NCBI GenBank assembly: GCA_951406725.2 | Contig: OX597823.1 | Location: 59,644,001 to 59,708,000, forward strand | Length of the DNA: 64,000 nucleotides | Origin: Octopus vulgaris | Lineage: Eukaryota | Reading direction: 5' to 3' | Part shown: positions 1-13,622 of the stretch, piece by piece | Layout of the letters: every line of letters starts with the position of its first letter | Numbering within the stretch: the stretch's first letter is position 1 | The notes under the pieces: generated by a model | The model's database searches: none | Seen by the model: only the letters and a program-made list of their open reading frames with translations | Told to the model about the DNA's origin: nothing | Position numbers and translations under genes: made by a program

Positions 1-548
<548 letters not shown>

Positions 549-555
549 TATATAT

Positions 556-593
<38 letters not shown>

Positions 594-597
594 ATAC

Positions 598-695
<98 letters not shown>

Positions 696-719
696 CATAC
701 GTGCATATATATGCATATT

Positions 720-1450
720 TTGCTATTTCCCTTAGGCATAGGGAGACTAATAACCTCGTGCAGAATTCAATATACGTCTGGTCTAGAACACAATGTTATA
801 TGAATATTGAGTGGTATAAAAGAAATAAAGAGTTGACATATTTATACAACAGAAAGATTACCAGTGGCTTTGAAACAGTAACTAATTTTTGATTTTTCAA
901 GCTCTATATATAGTTGTGTTTTGGGTTTTTTTTTCCTGAGAAGGGGTTTCACCTGGCAGGTGGTACCATGAATATAAGTAGATGTAGTGTTAATAATAAA
1001 TAAGGTTCTTGGGAGAAGGAATTGGCTTTATGAGATTGCAAGAAGGAAGTGATTTTATAAGTGAGGATCTAGAAGGTGAGGAAGAACATATATGTTTATA
1101 AGATGTGGTGCAGAAGTAAAGGTGGTAAAAAATATTTCTGGTCACAAAAGAACAAAGGCTGTGTTGGGTTGACAGCAACTTTTGACTTGGTTATATTTAA
1201 CTTGATGTGTTGTTGTTTGTTTACGCTATTTTGGGTGTTCCTTCAAGTACATATAACCAGTGTTAATAGATAAATTTGAATAGGAGTTCATATGGTTAAT
1301 AGGATAATATCAGTTTGAAATTTTGGGTTTGGCAAAGGTGTGACATGTTGGATTTGTATCAGAGCATAGGTCAAAGATAGGTTAAAAATAACGAGTTAGT
1401 GTTAAAGGTTTGCTTCTAAGTGAGTTTTCAACTGGTTTTGAAATAGTGGC
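720..1450 (-). mobile_element. Possible highly decayed Penelope-like RT/GIY-YIG fragment
   Basis: Broken minus-strand frames give HSLCSFVTRNIFYHLYFCTTSYKHI and ICQLFIS...ILNS, loosely like the Penelope linker and C-terminal CxLC..LN motifs; many stops and frameshifts. Confidence 0.3.
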
Positions 1451-1561
1451 TGTGTTAATATACATTTTTTATTAGTAGAAGAGAAAGGGGAAGAGTGAGA
1501 GAGAGATATAGTAAAAACAACTAGAAAATAAAGGTAGAAAAAAGAAAAGAAATATGCATAC

Positions 1562-1601
<40 letters not shown>

Positions 1602-1633
1602 TTATTTATTCATATATTTATATATACTTATAC

Positions 1634-1668
<35 letters not shown>

Positions 1669-1669
1669 C

Positions 1670-2028
1670 ACTGTCCTGTTTTTGTTACCATTTTTACCAC
1701 TCTGCAAAAAGATCTCAAATTTTATTTGATTTGCTTTTCGCAGGAAGGAAAGTTTCTATCGAAGATACGTCTCGCCTTCACCTTCGGGGTGTGGAGTGGA
1801 TGAATCCATGGCGACTGAAGAAGGGGTTTTTTCCTTGTGTTATTTGACCTGTACTCTATTTTTTTTTTGTTTAAGAAAAATGTCCAGTTCCTTGGGTTTG
1901 TGTCTGTGTTTTCGTTTCTTATTATGTTCGACGTTTTTTTGGTGTCCTGTACTCATATATGCAAGTATATATACATGTAGAGGTGGGTACGTACATATAT
2001 GTATATATGTATGCATATGCTTTGTTTA

Positions 2029-2030
<2 letters not shown>
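1670..2030 (+). mobile_element. Interspersed repeat family E (microsatellite-flanked, Penelope pLTR-like)
   Basis: Homologous to 41850-42150, 42190-42425 (inverted) and 53570-53900; shared CTGTCCTGTT..GCAAAA..CCAAATTT..TTTGC..CTGAAGAA blocks. Confidence 0.65.
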
Positions 2031-2066
<36 letters not shown>

Positions 2067-2067
<1 letters not shown>

Positions 2068-2422
2068 TAGCTTAAAATCTGCACTCGATGTGAATATTTA
2101 AGCTAGCTTCTGTGAAGATCTAATTGGACCTGTGGCCTAAATCTAAAGAGAGCAATAATAAATTATTTATTGGTACCCTACCAATATGGTAGTACTTTAA
2201 ATTCAATTTAAATGAAAACTTTGTAAGTTCAGAAATTTTGGGACTTCTTTTCCTAATTTGAATTTTCATTTGTTAGCATATAACACATCCAGGCAGATTT
2301 TTGAATCCTGAAATCATCCTGATTCCAGAATGGTCTAATATGTCTATGAAGATCAAATGCAAACTGAAATACAGGGGTCCCAGTTGGACGGACAGACAGA
2401 ATTTCACATTTATTATTATTGA
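2067..2422 (-). mobile_element. Non-autonomous Helitron
   Basis: Minus strand starts A|TCAATAATAATAAA followed by TGTCTGTCCGTC, ends with a subterminal inverted repeat (CTAGCTTAAA/TTTAAGCTAG) and CTAG|T; sits between A and T with no TSD. Confidence 0.6.
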
Positions 2423-2574
2423 TATGTAATTACACACATCTTTAGAAAACTTCAACGTGCGAACCATACATATAAACAGCCATAACATATAAACACACCC
2501 ATAATTGCGTAAATTCACACAAATAACCCCAACAAACACAGTATGTTTGACACACGATTATTTGTACATATATA

Positions 2575-2735
2575 GGCATAGGAGTGGCTGTGTGGTAAGT
2601 AGCTTGCTCACCAACCACATTGTTCTGGGTTCAGTCCCACTGCATGGCACTTTGGGCAAGTGTCTTCTACTATAGCCTCTGGCCAATCAAAGCCTTGTGA
2701 GTGGATTTGTTAGATGGAAACTGAAAGAAGCCTGT

Positions 2736-2788
<53 letters not shown>

Positions 2789-3003
2789 ATATGTTTGTGT
2801 GTCTGTGTTTGTCCCCCCAACATCACTTGACAACCGATGCTGGTGTATTTAGGTCCCCATAACTTAGCGGTTCGGCAAAAGAGACCGATAGATTAAGTAC
2901 TAGGCTTACAAACAATAAGTCCTGAAGTTGATTTGCTCGACTAAAGGCGGTGCTCCATCATGGCCACAGTCTAATGACTGAAACAAGTAAAAGAGTAAAA
3001 GAG
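2575..3003 (+). mobile_element. SINE family A, full length
   Basis: High identity to 143-548. Confidence 0.9.
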
Positions 3004-3214
3004 TATATACACAAGGGGACTCTGCTTCAATCTGATGTACATCATATTTTAAATACCTCTAAAGTAGTCTAATGAATTTTTTTAAAAATCATTTACCAAG
3101 AATATAATCATTGAACACAGCTTTATCTTTGGTGTGAGTAGAAAGTAAAGCAGTGATGATAAACATGCTAATAACTAAAACTTCATTCACGAATGAAGTT
3201 TAATTCTTTAACTT

Positions 3215-3666
3215 TTAACTCTTCAACATTCAGATTCCTTGATCAAATGTAATGCTTATTTATTCATATTGTTTTGAATTAATTACATATTATCTCACAG
3301 TTTTTGAGATTTTATTGATAAAATTGTTTATTTTTTGAATAACATTGAAAGGTAAGTGTTAGAATTTGAATGTGGCCAGTTTGAACATAAAACGAGATAA
3401 AATATTTAAGGCAGCGAGCTGGCAGAAACGTTAGCACGCTGGGCGAGGTGCTTAGCGGTATTTCTGAGTTCAAATTCCGCTGACGTCGACTTAGACTTTC
3501 ATCGTTTTGGGATCAATAAATTAAGTACCAGTTATGCACTGGGGTCAATGTAATCGACTTAATCCCTCTGTCTGTCCTTGTTTGTCACCTCTATGTTTAG
3601 CCTCTTGTGGGCAATAATGAAATAAGAATATTTGGGCCTGGTATGGCTGATTTAAATGTTAAAGGG
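3215..3666 (+). mobile_element. TTAA-type (piggyBac-like) MITE interrupted by a SINE
   Basis: Homologous in opposite orientation to 23577-23802; ends ...AAATGTTAAAGGG; SINE inserted at 3408-3630. Confidence 0.6.
3408..3630 (+). mobile_element. tRNA-derived SINE family B (Meta-like central domain)
   Basis: Head GGCAGCGAGCTGGCAGAAACGTTAGCACG; GAGTTCAAATTCC B-box; TTTCATC..GGG.TC.ATAAATTAAGTACCAG core; AATATTT TSD. Confidence 0.85.
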
Positions 3667-3764
3667 CAGCCATGTGTGGCCAAAAGATTCTATGTGTTGT
3701 ATGTTCAAACTGACTGGATCTGGCCTCTTACACCTAGACTACAATGTCATTCTAAAAATAAACA

Positions 3765-4000
3765 TGTGGCTACGTTGGAAGAAGCCTGCTTCTCAACCAC
3801 ATGGTTCCAGGTTCAGTCCTACTGTGTGGCACTTCGGGCAAGTTTCTTCTATTATAGCCTCATGAGTTGATTTAGGAGATAGAAACTGAAAGAAGCCCAT
3901 CATATATGCATACATATGTGCGTGCATGTGTGTGTGCGTGTGTGTGTGTGCATTTATGTGTGTGTGTTTGTCACCCCATAGTCACTTGACAACTGATGTT
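3765..4000 (+). mobile_element. SINE family A, degenerate partial
   Basis: Diverged match to family A head and body. Confidence 0.7.
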
Positions 4001-4581
4001 GCTAAAAGGTTAAACATGGTACCATAGCAACTAGAGGGAGACCTTGTCTGCCTGCGTGCAGGCAACTAATTTTCTTATCATTAAGGGGAAAATTATAAGT
4101 GCATAAAAGATAATTAGTAACTCACCTTCATATGTTTAAGTTTTGATGTGTATGTCTCTGTGGGACATATATATATATATATATACATGCATGCTTGTAT
4201 TTATATGTATATAAGTATATATGTATATATGCACTTATGTGTGCACGCACGCATGTGCATGTATGTGTGTGTATATGTTGTGTGTGTAAACAAGTAGTTG
4301 AAGTGCATTGAAATAAAATACTAGGTCCTTGAGTCATTAATCTCATTTTCTCATTTTAATACATACATGTGTGTGTGTGTATGTGTGTGTGTGCGTGTGT
4401 AAATATATATATAAATGTACATATATGTGTGTATATGTGCATATATACATATATGTATATATGTACATATATATGTATAAATATCTACATTTTTGTATGT
4501 ATGTTTATATATATATAAATATCTATATCTTTGCATATATTTGTGTATGTGTGAGCCTGTGTATGTGTGTGCACGGGCGTG

Positions 4582-4612
<31 letters not shown>

Positions 4613-6379
4613 CAATTAGTTTTCAAAATCAATAACAGACATTTTTATTATATGAGCTTGAACTTAGAAATGATATTAACTCCCAAAGGATCTGATAAAA
4701 TTAATACAAAAAATACACACATATGTACATACGTACGTATGTACATACATACACACTTACATACATAATTACATACATATGTGTATGTATGTGTGAGAGA
4801 GAGAGAGAATGTGTGTTTGTGTGTGTGTATAAATCCTTCTCATTTAATTTTTTTTAATTTTATTTTCTATTTTTTTTTTTTCCTGAGCCTTTGAATTGAT
4901 CTATGCAAACTATGTCAATTTTGTTTAATATCTAATTGAAATGAAAAAGCTATTAAGTAATAACATTCAATAGAGCTACCTTACGCACAGATGGGAATTC
5001 AAATTAATGACAGCAGAACCAAAGAGTTATTAATTGCCTTATTAACCATTGGGTATTTCAAATCTTACAAGATAACTTTTTACTATGGTCAGAGAAGTTA
5101 TCAAATCAGTTAGGTTTTTCCAATTTTTTTGTTGTTATTTGTTTTTCTTTTTAGCTTTAGCTAGCTTTATGTGGCAAAATTAAATAATCTAATTCCACCT
5201 TGTTAAAATTGCCAATCAAATGTAAGCATTAACTGATTTTCATTTTATATAAAAAAAAAAAAAGAAGTAAAAATAAAGAAAGAAAAAGTAAAAAAAAAAT
5301 AAAAATAACCTCAAATATTTTTTCAGCAAGGTTTTTAAGTAGCAATAATGTCTGTTATTATTAATTTATAGAGCAAGCATCGGAGAAGTTGAGACAAGGA
5401 AAGGATTTCAATTCCCTGTTGTGCAAAGCTAATTCTCTTCACTCCAGTTATCATGCTAATGCTATTCAATTTCATTTTCACATGTGCATAGCTGTTATTA
5501 ATTGTTTCATTGTTGTTGTTGCTGCTGTTGTTGTTGCTGTTGTTGCTGCTGCTGTTGTCAGTCATTATTGAACATTCCTCTGTCCAAAATGTCTTTTAAT
5601 TCAACTATTATGTATCTGAGGCTACATTCCTGAATCTGTTCTTCTATATTTATGAAACTAAAGCTTGATATGGGTGACATTTGGCTCTTATTTTTAGCAG
5701 TTCATACAGCCACTATGTCATTTATTCAGGCCTATTGTATCTTAGACTATATTACCAAATTTGTCCTTCCATATTAATGCAACAGTAAAGTGTGATATGG
5801 AGTAGATTTGGCTATCATTTCTATTGTCCTAGATTGAATATATAAATTATGAGCCTTTATGTTCTAGGACTTCATTACTGAATTTGCTCTTTCATATTTG
5901 GCTGTTATTTCTAACAAGTCCATAGACCACACAGAAGATTTTTTTATTGGCTTAGATATTTTAGTAATCAGTCCTGGGTAAAAAGAGATTAATCTCAGTC
6001 AACCTGAACCTAGCAATGGTGTCTCAATCCCCTATGGATATTGTTTCTCTTCATTTTCCTTTCATATTTTGAGCGTTCAAAACATTTTATGTTTTTTTTT
6101 TGTTTTCACCCTAATTGAAATTAATGGAACAGGTACCAGTAATTTATTGACTATTCTTGGCATTAGTGGAAAGTGTTAATTGTAATGAAAAAAAAACCAA
6201 CAAAACAAAAGCAAATATTTTGGATCAAGTGTTATGGAAATTCTTCTAGTTTTCATTTTATATCGACAATTTTGAAATAATTTGATGTCAGCTTATGAAG
6301 ACAGGCTTACAACAAAATATAAGTAGAAATAAGGTAAAGTCTTTATCAGCAGACCCTATAATAAAATTTTGAGCACTCG

Positions 6380-7059
6380 TCTGGAGCCTATACAAAAAGT
6401 CAGTAAGCAAAGTGAGACTCAGTGATTTCAGTGTATTTAGTGTGAGAGTAGGAGGCTATCAATTCTCACACCCCAGCCTGCTCCTATACATCATAGTCCT
6501 ACAGGCTATCATAGAGGAGTTTAAAAATTGCTGTTCATGGAACTCTTACTGATGACCTAGTTCTTATAGCTAAATCTATCGGGAAATTAGAGGGAAAACT
6601 CCAGTTTTGGAAATTAAACCTAAAATTCAAAGGTCTGAAGGTAAACTTAGCAAAGACAAAGGTTTTAGTAAGAAGTAAAGAAGACAGGACCCTGGTATCT
6701 TCAAGGAAATTGCCTTACTTGATAGGAGTAGTTATAAAGTCTATATGCTGAATCCAATGTATGCTATGGTTGCACAAGAGAAGTAATGAAGACACTGGCA
6801 ACTAACAGAGAAAGTAGGCTTCATACGTGATAGATGTACTGGAGTAGCATGTACAACGAGCCCACCAGAAATCAATTCTCTTAAATACCTGGATGGCCCA
6901 CTAGATGTAGATGATAGCTTTTGCTACATAGGAGGTGTCCCCATCAAGGGAAATGGTTGCTTTGAAAGTATAGTAACAAGAGTAAGAATGGATTGGAGAA
7001 AGTTCAGGGAGCTATTACTGCTGTTGGCCACAAAGGTCTTTTTGCTCAGAGTGAAGGGC
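6380..7059 (+). mobile_element. Decayed RTE-clade LINE ORF fragment (RT domain plus C-terminal region)
   Basis: Translates with frameshifts to VRVGGYQ..SLLLYIIVLQAIIEEFK..W..(Y)xDDLVLIAKS..KGLKVNLAKTKVL and ..FCYIGG..SIVTRVRMDWRKFRELLLLL. Confidence 0.85.
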
Positions 7060-7402
7060 TTTATATGCTTTTGTTTTTAAAAAGTTGTTTATGTTATCCT
7101 ATCTCGTATATTATATTTTATTATAATGTAATTAATTGTTAGATTGTCAATTGTATTTCTCTATTGAATTTATCATTTCTAATTTGTATTTATCATGTGT
7201 TCAATTCCTAGACCAGAGGGCATATTGTGTTCTTGAGCAAAGCACTCCATTTCATGTTGCTCTGGTCACCCTTTCAATCAGTGGGGAATGTTGGCTTACT
7301 TACCTAGCATCATTCAAAGGTTAAAACGAGGCAAAGCACATTGTGACCAGTGATGTGTAACAACATCTAATTAACCTGGCTGGTCACATGTCATGTGGGA
7401 TG
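7057..7402. repeat. Composite templated insertion copied from 10699-10848 (inverted) and 10312-10522 (direct)
   Basis: Near-identical sequence matches by eye; microhomology at both outer junctions. Confidence 0.8.
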
Positions 7403-7510
7403 AAAGGCAAAGTCGACCTTGGCGGAATTTGAACTCAGAACATAACGACAGACGAAATACCACTAAGCATTTCGCCCAGCGCGCTAACGTTTCTGCCAGC
7501 TTGCCGCCTT
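7398..7510 (-). mobile_element. SINE family B, 5' half
   Basis: Reverse complement of the family B head. Confidence 0.85.
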
Positions 7511-7610
7511 GATGTACTTCATTCATATCCAGGTGTTGCATAGTGGCATTGAATTAAAAAAAACATGCTGTTGTGAAACAAACTTCCTAACCATGCAGCT
7601 AGGCCAGTTA

Positions 7611-8031
7611 CTCTTTACTCTTTTACTCTTTTACTTGTTTCAGTCATTTGACTGCGGCCATGCTGGAGCACTGCCTTTAGTTGAGCAAATCGATCCCGGG
7701 ACTTATTCTTTGTAAGCCCAGTACTTATTCTATCGGTCTCTTTTGCCGAACCGCTAAGTAACAGGGACATAAACACACCAGCATCAGTTGTCAAGCAATG
7801 CTAGTGGGACAAATACAGATACACAAACATATACACACACATAATATATATATATATATACATATATACGACAGGCTTCTTTCAGTTTCCGTCTACCAAA
7901 TCCACTCACAAGGCATTGGTTGGCCCGGGGTTATAGCAAAAGACACTTGCCCAAGATGCCATGCAGTGGGACTGAACCCGGAACCATGTGGTTGGTTAGC
8001 AAGCTACTTACCACACAGCCACTCCTGCGCC
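7611..8031 (-). mobile_element. SINE family A, full length
   Basis: Reverse complement of 143-548. Confidence 0.9.
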
Positions 8032-8881
8032 TAGTTAGCTTTTTTTTTGTTTTTTTGTTTTTTTGGGAGGTGGGTTATTCGTTTTTGAGGTGAAGGAAGG
8101 ATAAAATTATTATTTCAAATGACCATTGTTGGTTTCATCATGATAATGGACTTCACATGTTAGCATTGTTTAACTGATTAGCTCTACTGTGGCAGCATGA
8201 AATATTAAGATACAAATTACAATATCGCTGCAGCTTGAAACTATAAATATTTAACATAAAATGTGTTATCAATTAAATGTCTAAATTAATTCCAGATAAT
8301 GAAGCCATTCTTATCAATAATTGATCATGTCAGCAAATGGCACAATTATCCATGTGACTAATTATGTTAATATGAATATGAAATATTCCTACTCTTCATA
8401 CAATTCTTCATCAAATATTCCCCGTTACACAAGGGTTAGTCAGACAAGTAACCACAAGCACATACTCCGTAAGGGAAGCTGCTGCATGGTTACTCAAGTT
8501 GCAAGAAATAGCTGTCACATCTACCCTTTGAATCAAATTGCATCACTATAAGCATCAGATACTTGTCTTGAACAAAGTTCTATTTGATATCCTTAACTAT
8601 CTCCAAAGTTTTTCAAATAACCATGATAAGAATAAATTCATGAATGTGTGTTTTCATGGGCACTTGACTATCTAGAAATAGCAGCTGAATCTTCTCATAT
8701 CACACTTTACCATCTTCAGTAAGATAAGGACACATTGGATAACATAGTTCTTGAAATGATATACTGCTTTAAAAAGTCAGACTCTTTTAGAATACATTAC
8801 AGGTATGCTCTTTCAGAGCTCACCTGGGCTGAACAACAACAGCAGCAACAACACCACCAGCAAAGCAGCAGCAACAGCAGT

Positions 8882-9245
8882 GGAGACGCAATGGCCCAGT
8901 GGTTAGGGCAGCGGACTCGTGGTTGGAGGATTGAGGTTTCGATTCCCAGACTGGGCATTGTGTGTGTTTATTGAGCAAAAACACCTAAAGCTCCATGAGG
9001 CTCCGGCAGGGGGTGGTGGCAACCCCTGTTGTACCCTTTCGCCCCAACTTTCTCTCACTTTTTCTTCCTGTTTCTTATCCCCGACTTCCTATGCAACCGC
9101 TGAGCCTGGATGCACATTCATCCATCCATCGATGCTCTCGGGGTCGGGGGTTGACCTGCTTTCTCTTCTGCGAGTCTTACAAATAGCAAAGGACCATGAT
9201 TCGGACTTCTCCCACTGCGAGCTCTGGGACAAAGACTGCTTCACT
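8882..9245 (+). mobile_element. tRNA-derived SINE family C (tail variant 1) inside a CAG/CAA tract
   Basis: TGGCCCAGTGGTTAGG A-box and GGTTTCGATTCC B-box; head shared with 14951, 37860 and 52702. Confidence 0.85.
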
Positions 9246-9976
9246 CAACAGCAACATCAGCAGTAACAGCAACAACATCATCAACAACAACAATATCGTA
9301 CTTGAATCAAAATGTTCCCTAACTCTTGAATATTAATTTCAACAATAGAGCTGGAAATGACAGAGATACAAAAGTAACAGAAACTTTTATTGTGTTTAGT
9401 TTTGATCTGCTCTGGTTTTTATAATTCAGTTTCTGTTAAGGTCAGTTTGCAGCTATTTGATCTTGATTGATAAAATAAATAATTGTAGAGCTTGTAAAAA
9501 GCAAGAATTTATCCAGCAAAGTGTATCATTCTCTTAATTTTTTTTCGAAAAATAACGAAAAATTGAAACAGAAATATATTTGCACTCCAAAGAAAAAAAC
9601 AAATCAATAATATTCACTTAAAAAAAATTTAGAATCAATTATAGGAAATATGTATTTAATAAGAATTAAAAACAAAAATGACATACAGAAAAGGTTTTAA
9701 GATTTCTTAAAGTATATCTTTCAGTCAGTTACACACACACACACATATAGTGTGTGTGTAAAATGAGGTAGTTTGGGTGAAGCATTGTGAGGTATAACTT
9801 TTAAGAATGTGGTTGTGTAAAGCTGGGATAATGCAAGGTGGTACAAAGTAAAGTACAAAAGAGAAAAACAGAACAAAGCTGAAGTTTTACCTTTAACAAT
9901 TATTTTATGAATTTTGATAACCATTATTTCTTTGTCATCTCATCTTATTACTGTTCTGTGCTCAAGCAACACTTAT

Positions 9977-10059
<83 letters not shown>

Positions 10060-10064
<5 letters not shown>

Positions 10065-10236
10065 AGAGTTTCCAAAAAAAAAACAAAAGACGAAGACAGG
10101 TGGTGTACAAAACAAAAGGATGTATTAGTATAATGCTCAGGAATAGAAAAAGTCTTCTACAGAACGGGACACAGAAAAAACAAGGACAGAAACAAGGAGA
10201 GAAAAAAAATGTGTGCAGTGGCTAATGATCTATCAT
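10060..10236 (-). mobile_element. Penelope pLTR-like short element family F, ribozyme core deleted
   Basis: Homologous to 50161-50380 and 13030-13200; flanked by (TA)n. Confidence 0.65.
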
Positions 10237-10267
10237 ATATATATATATATATATATATATAGGGGAA

Positions 10268-10522
10268 GGGGCATAGCCTAGTGGTGAGGCTGTTGCACTT
10301 ACAACTGATAGATCATGTGTTCAATTCCTAGACCAGATGGCATATTGTGTTCTTGAGCAAAGCACTCCATTTCATGTTGCTCTCGTCACCCTTTCAATCA
10401 GTGGAGAATGTTGGCTTACTTACCTAGCATCATTCAAAGGTTAAAATGAGGCAAAGCACATTGTGACCAGTGATGTGTAACAACATCTAATTAACCTGGT
10501 TGGTCACATGTCATGTGGGATG
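10268..10522 (+). mobile_element. tRNA-derived SINE family D
   Basis: TAGCCTAGTGG A-box, GTTCAATTCC B-box; tail shared with family C copy at 14951. Confidence 0.75.
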
Positions 10523-11182
10523 TAACATATAAATATATATATATATGCATGTATGTATGTATGTATGTATGTATGTATGTATGTATGTATGTATATAAAT
10601 ATGATATAACAAACGAAGGAAAAACGTTTCTTTCAAAGGGGTGTAAAACAAATAGTTCACTGGTACAGCAGTTGAATATCACAGAAATAGGGGTATATAT
10701 ACAAATAAGAAATGATAAATTCAATAGAGAAATACAATTGACAATCTAACAATTAATTACATTATAATAAAATATAATATACAATAAAATATAATATATG
10801 AGATAGGATAACATAAACAACTTTTTAAAAACAAAAGCATATAAAGCCAACAGTTTTCTTAGACTTATATACATTATTTAATTTATAAAGAATTAATATC
10901 TGTGTATACAAGTCTTTTCAGGGCCTTGGTTCAAATAGACAGGTGTAGTTCCATGTAAAAGACTGCTAGATTGCATAATGCTGATTGAAAATACCTACTT
11001 TTTTGGAGTGTGAGCTTTAACAATTCAAATACATAATAAGTACAATAAAAGAACAACAAAATGCAAATGGATAGAATAATAATTAAGTAAAGAAAATTTA
11101 CAACGGTCAAAAAATGTTTTTATATATCTCCAGTGATATTAATCTAAATGTATTTAAATCAAAAGTAATCACTGGCCATTTT

Positions 11183-11191
11183 AATAATGAT

Positions 11192-11232
<41 letters not shown>

Positions 11233-11258
11233 TAATAATAATGATAATAGTAATAATG

Positions 11259-11319
<61 letters not shown>
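11183..11319. repeat. (TAA)n microsatellite
   Basis: Direct inspection. Confidence 0.95.
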
Positions 11320-11321
<2 letters not shown>

Positions 11322-11870
11322 GTCCTGATGCAGTACCAGACAGTGGCTCTCATGGCTTCTGATCTCAACTGATTGGAAGTGTTATCATGCACATTGTTTT
11401 GTCTTGGTATAAAAGATGGGCTACAGCAAATATTCTACTCAATACCACAAATTTGCTTGTCAGTTGTTTGGCCTTAATCAGTTGAGCATGTCCCTTGGTG
11501 GCTGATATGTGCATCTCTGATCACGAACAGTAGTGGGGGAGCATCATAACCATGTGTTGAGAGGGATTCTTTGGGGTTTGAATAATTCACCTCTGAAAAC
11601 ATGGGTGTTTCATTCAACTTCCTTCAACAACCCTTATTCAGGGACCTTTTGAGTGGGATGGGTTACTCTACCAGAAGAAAATTCTAACTGGGCTCCACCT
11701 GCAAGGTCTTGTGCTGTTTATCTTGATATGAGATCCCCATGTCGCGCACATATGGATGTGATGCATGTGCCTGGTGTACCTTTATCAGACGGGTAGTCAT
11801 GATGGGTATACTAGACTTCGTATATTTTACTCCAGTGTCACTTTGATGGCATGTACTGCTCTCCGACTCA
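11320..11870 (+). mobile_element. ~550-bp non-coding element in (TAA)n (family G)
   Basis: Copies at 46685-47204 and 30648-30797 share the 3' end; all are followed by (TAA)n. Confidence 0.8.
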
Positions 11871-11887
11871 ATAATAATAATAATGAT

Positions 11888-12135
11888 AAGAAGATGAAGA
11901 AGAACAAGAAGAACAAGAACAAGAAGAATAAGAAGAAGAACAAGAAGAAGAAGAAGTAGAAGAAGAAGTAGAAGAAGAAGAAGAAGAAGAAGAAGAAGAA
12001 GAAGAAGAAGAAGAAGAAGAAGAAGAAGAAGAAGAAGAAGAAGAAGAAGAACAAGAAGAATAAGAAGAAGAACAAGAAGAAGAACAAGAAGAAGAACAAG
12101 AAGAACAAGAACAAGAACAACAACAACAACAACAA
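11888..12135. repeat. (AAG)n/(AAC)n microsatellite
   Basis: Direct inspection. Confidence 0.95.
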
Positions 12136-12996
12136 TATATAAAGTATAAGAGTTTTACTTAGTTTTAGAGACAGATAAATTGTGTAAATCAATATTTATT
12201 CTATAAATAAGCCTATACATGTTCGAAAGAACATATTCCTAGTATATCAACTAACTATTTATTTCTATGTGCTACTTTTCATATATTTCTGATTACTCAA
12301 AGAAAATATATATAAACTATATACAATGATAGTATATAATAACTCCTCTCAGTTATTTATTGTTATTGATATAAAGATTATTCAAAGTATCTAACAAATA
12401 ATGGTCCTTATTTATGCAGTTTATTGAAGTGAGAACTCCGTAAATTAATATAAACAAAAAACATGGATCTGCGATAATTATAATCTATATATTTCTTTTT
12501 AGATAAAAAAATAATAAACTATAAATAAAAAATATATATCTAAATTTCACTAAGTCTTTCAGAAGTAATAAAATTAGAGCATTGCAATATGTATATAAGC
12601 TCTAAAGTACACAATATTATAAAAATTATTAGAATTATTGAATTTAGTTTGTATCACAATTAATACATATATTTATGATTATTCAAAAATATATAATTAT
12701 ATATAATAATTGTTGTAATCTACTTATTCATATTTACATAAACATTGTTCCTAGAATAAATACCAAATTACTTAGTTTATCAGAGTAAAAAAAAAACTAA
12801 TTGTTGGCTTTATTTGTTTTCTTTAAAAAAAAAGATTGGTTATGTTATTTTATATTATATTATACTTTATCATATATTATATTATATTTTAATGTAATAT
12901 ATTGATAGATTATCAATTGTATTTTTCTATTTAATTTATTGTACATATGTGCGTGTGTGTGTGTGTAAATATATATATGTGTGTGTGTGTGTATAC

Positions 12997-13029
<33 letters not shown>

Positions 13030-13030
<1 letters not shown>

Positions 13031-13200
13031 GGTGAAAATATTTTAGAAAAACACTAAGGCAAGGGTAAGAAAACAGAGTGTATTAGGTTCACACTCAGGA
13101 AAAATAAAAGGAAGAAAATTTCATATTTCAAGCATGTGCTCTTCAACAGAAAGAATACACAAAGAGAGATAAAAATGGAGAGAATAGAATAATAAATGTG
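13030..13200 (-). mobile_element. Family F element with decayed hammerhead motif (13116-13154)
   Basis: Minus strand UCUUU-CUGUUGA-A-GAGC-ACAU-GCUU-GAAA-UA-UG; homologous to 50161-50380. Confidence 0.55.
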
Positions 13201-13255
13201 CCTCAATTAGACAGTCACTGCATGCAGAAAAGACTGGAAGAGTAAAACATACATA

Positions 13256-13287
<32 letters not shown>

Positions 13288-13587
13288 ATCATCATCATCA
13301 TCATTATAATGATCATTTAATGTTTGCTTTTCATGCTGGCATGGGTAAGACAGTCTGACTGGAACCGACAAGTCAGAAGATTGCAGCAACCTCACTTTGC
13401 TCTTTCTTTCCCTCTCTCTGTCTCTCGGTCTCTGTCTGTCTGTCTGTCAGTCTGTCGGTCTGTCTCTCTTTCTTTCTGTATATAAAGTTAATCCAAACAT
13501 GAAACACAAAGAGAAAGCACAACAACGTGAGGATGTGGAACAAGTATAGTGTTATTGGATGCACAGGAAAGGAAAGAAAGAAGGAGG

Positions 13588-13622
13588 ATTTAACGTTTCA
13601 AGTGGAGCACTTCATCAGAAAC
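13588..13622 (-). ncRNA. Minimal type I hammerhead ribozyme motif (partly decayed) within a pLTR-like element at ~13483-13695
   Basis: GUUU-CUGAUGA-A-GUGCUCCACUU-GAAA-CG-UU-AAAU. Confidence 0.55.

Noticed and set aside
6549-6560. CTGATGA hammerhead-like box (also at ~22280, ~26132 and ~52206 minus)
   Set aside because: No matching stem II/GAAA/UH; the 6549 hit is the RT xDD codons
8735-8974. Poly-Q ORF
   Set aside because: CAG/CAA microsatellite running into a SINE head
12150-12945. Old inverted homology with 10700-10860, possibly a Penelope relic
   Set aside because: Similarity is in very AT-rich sequence, and extent and identity cannot be fixed without alignment
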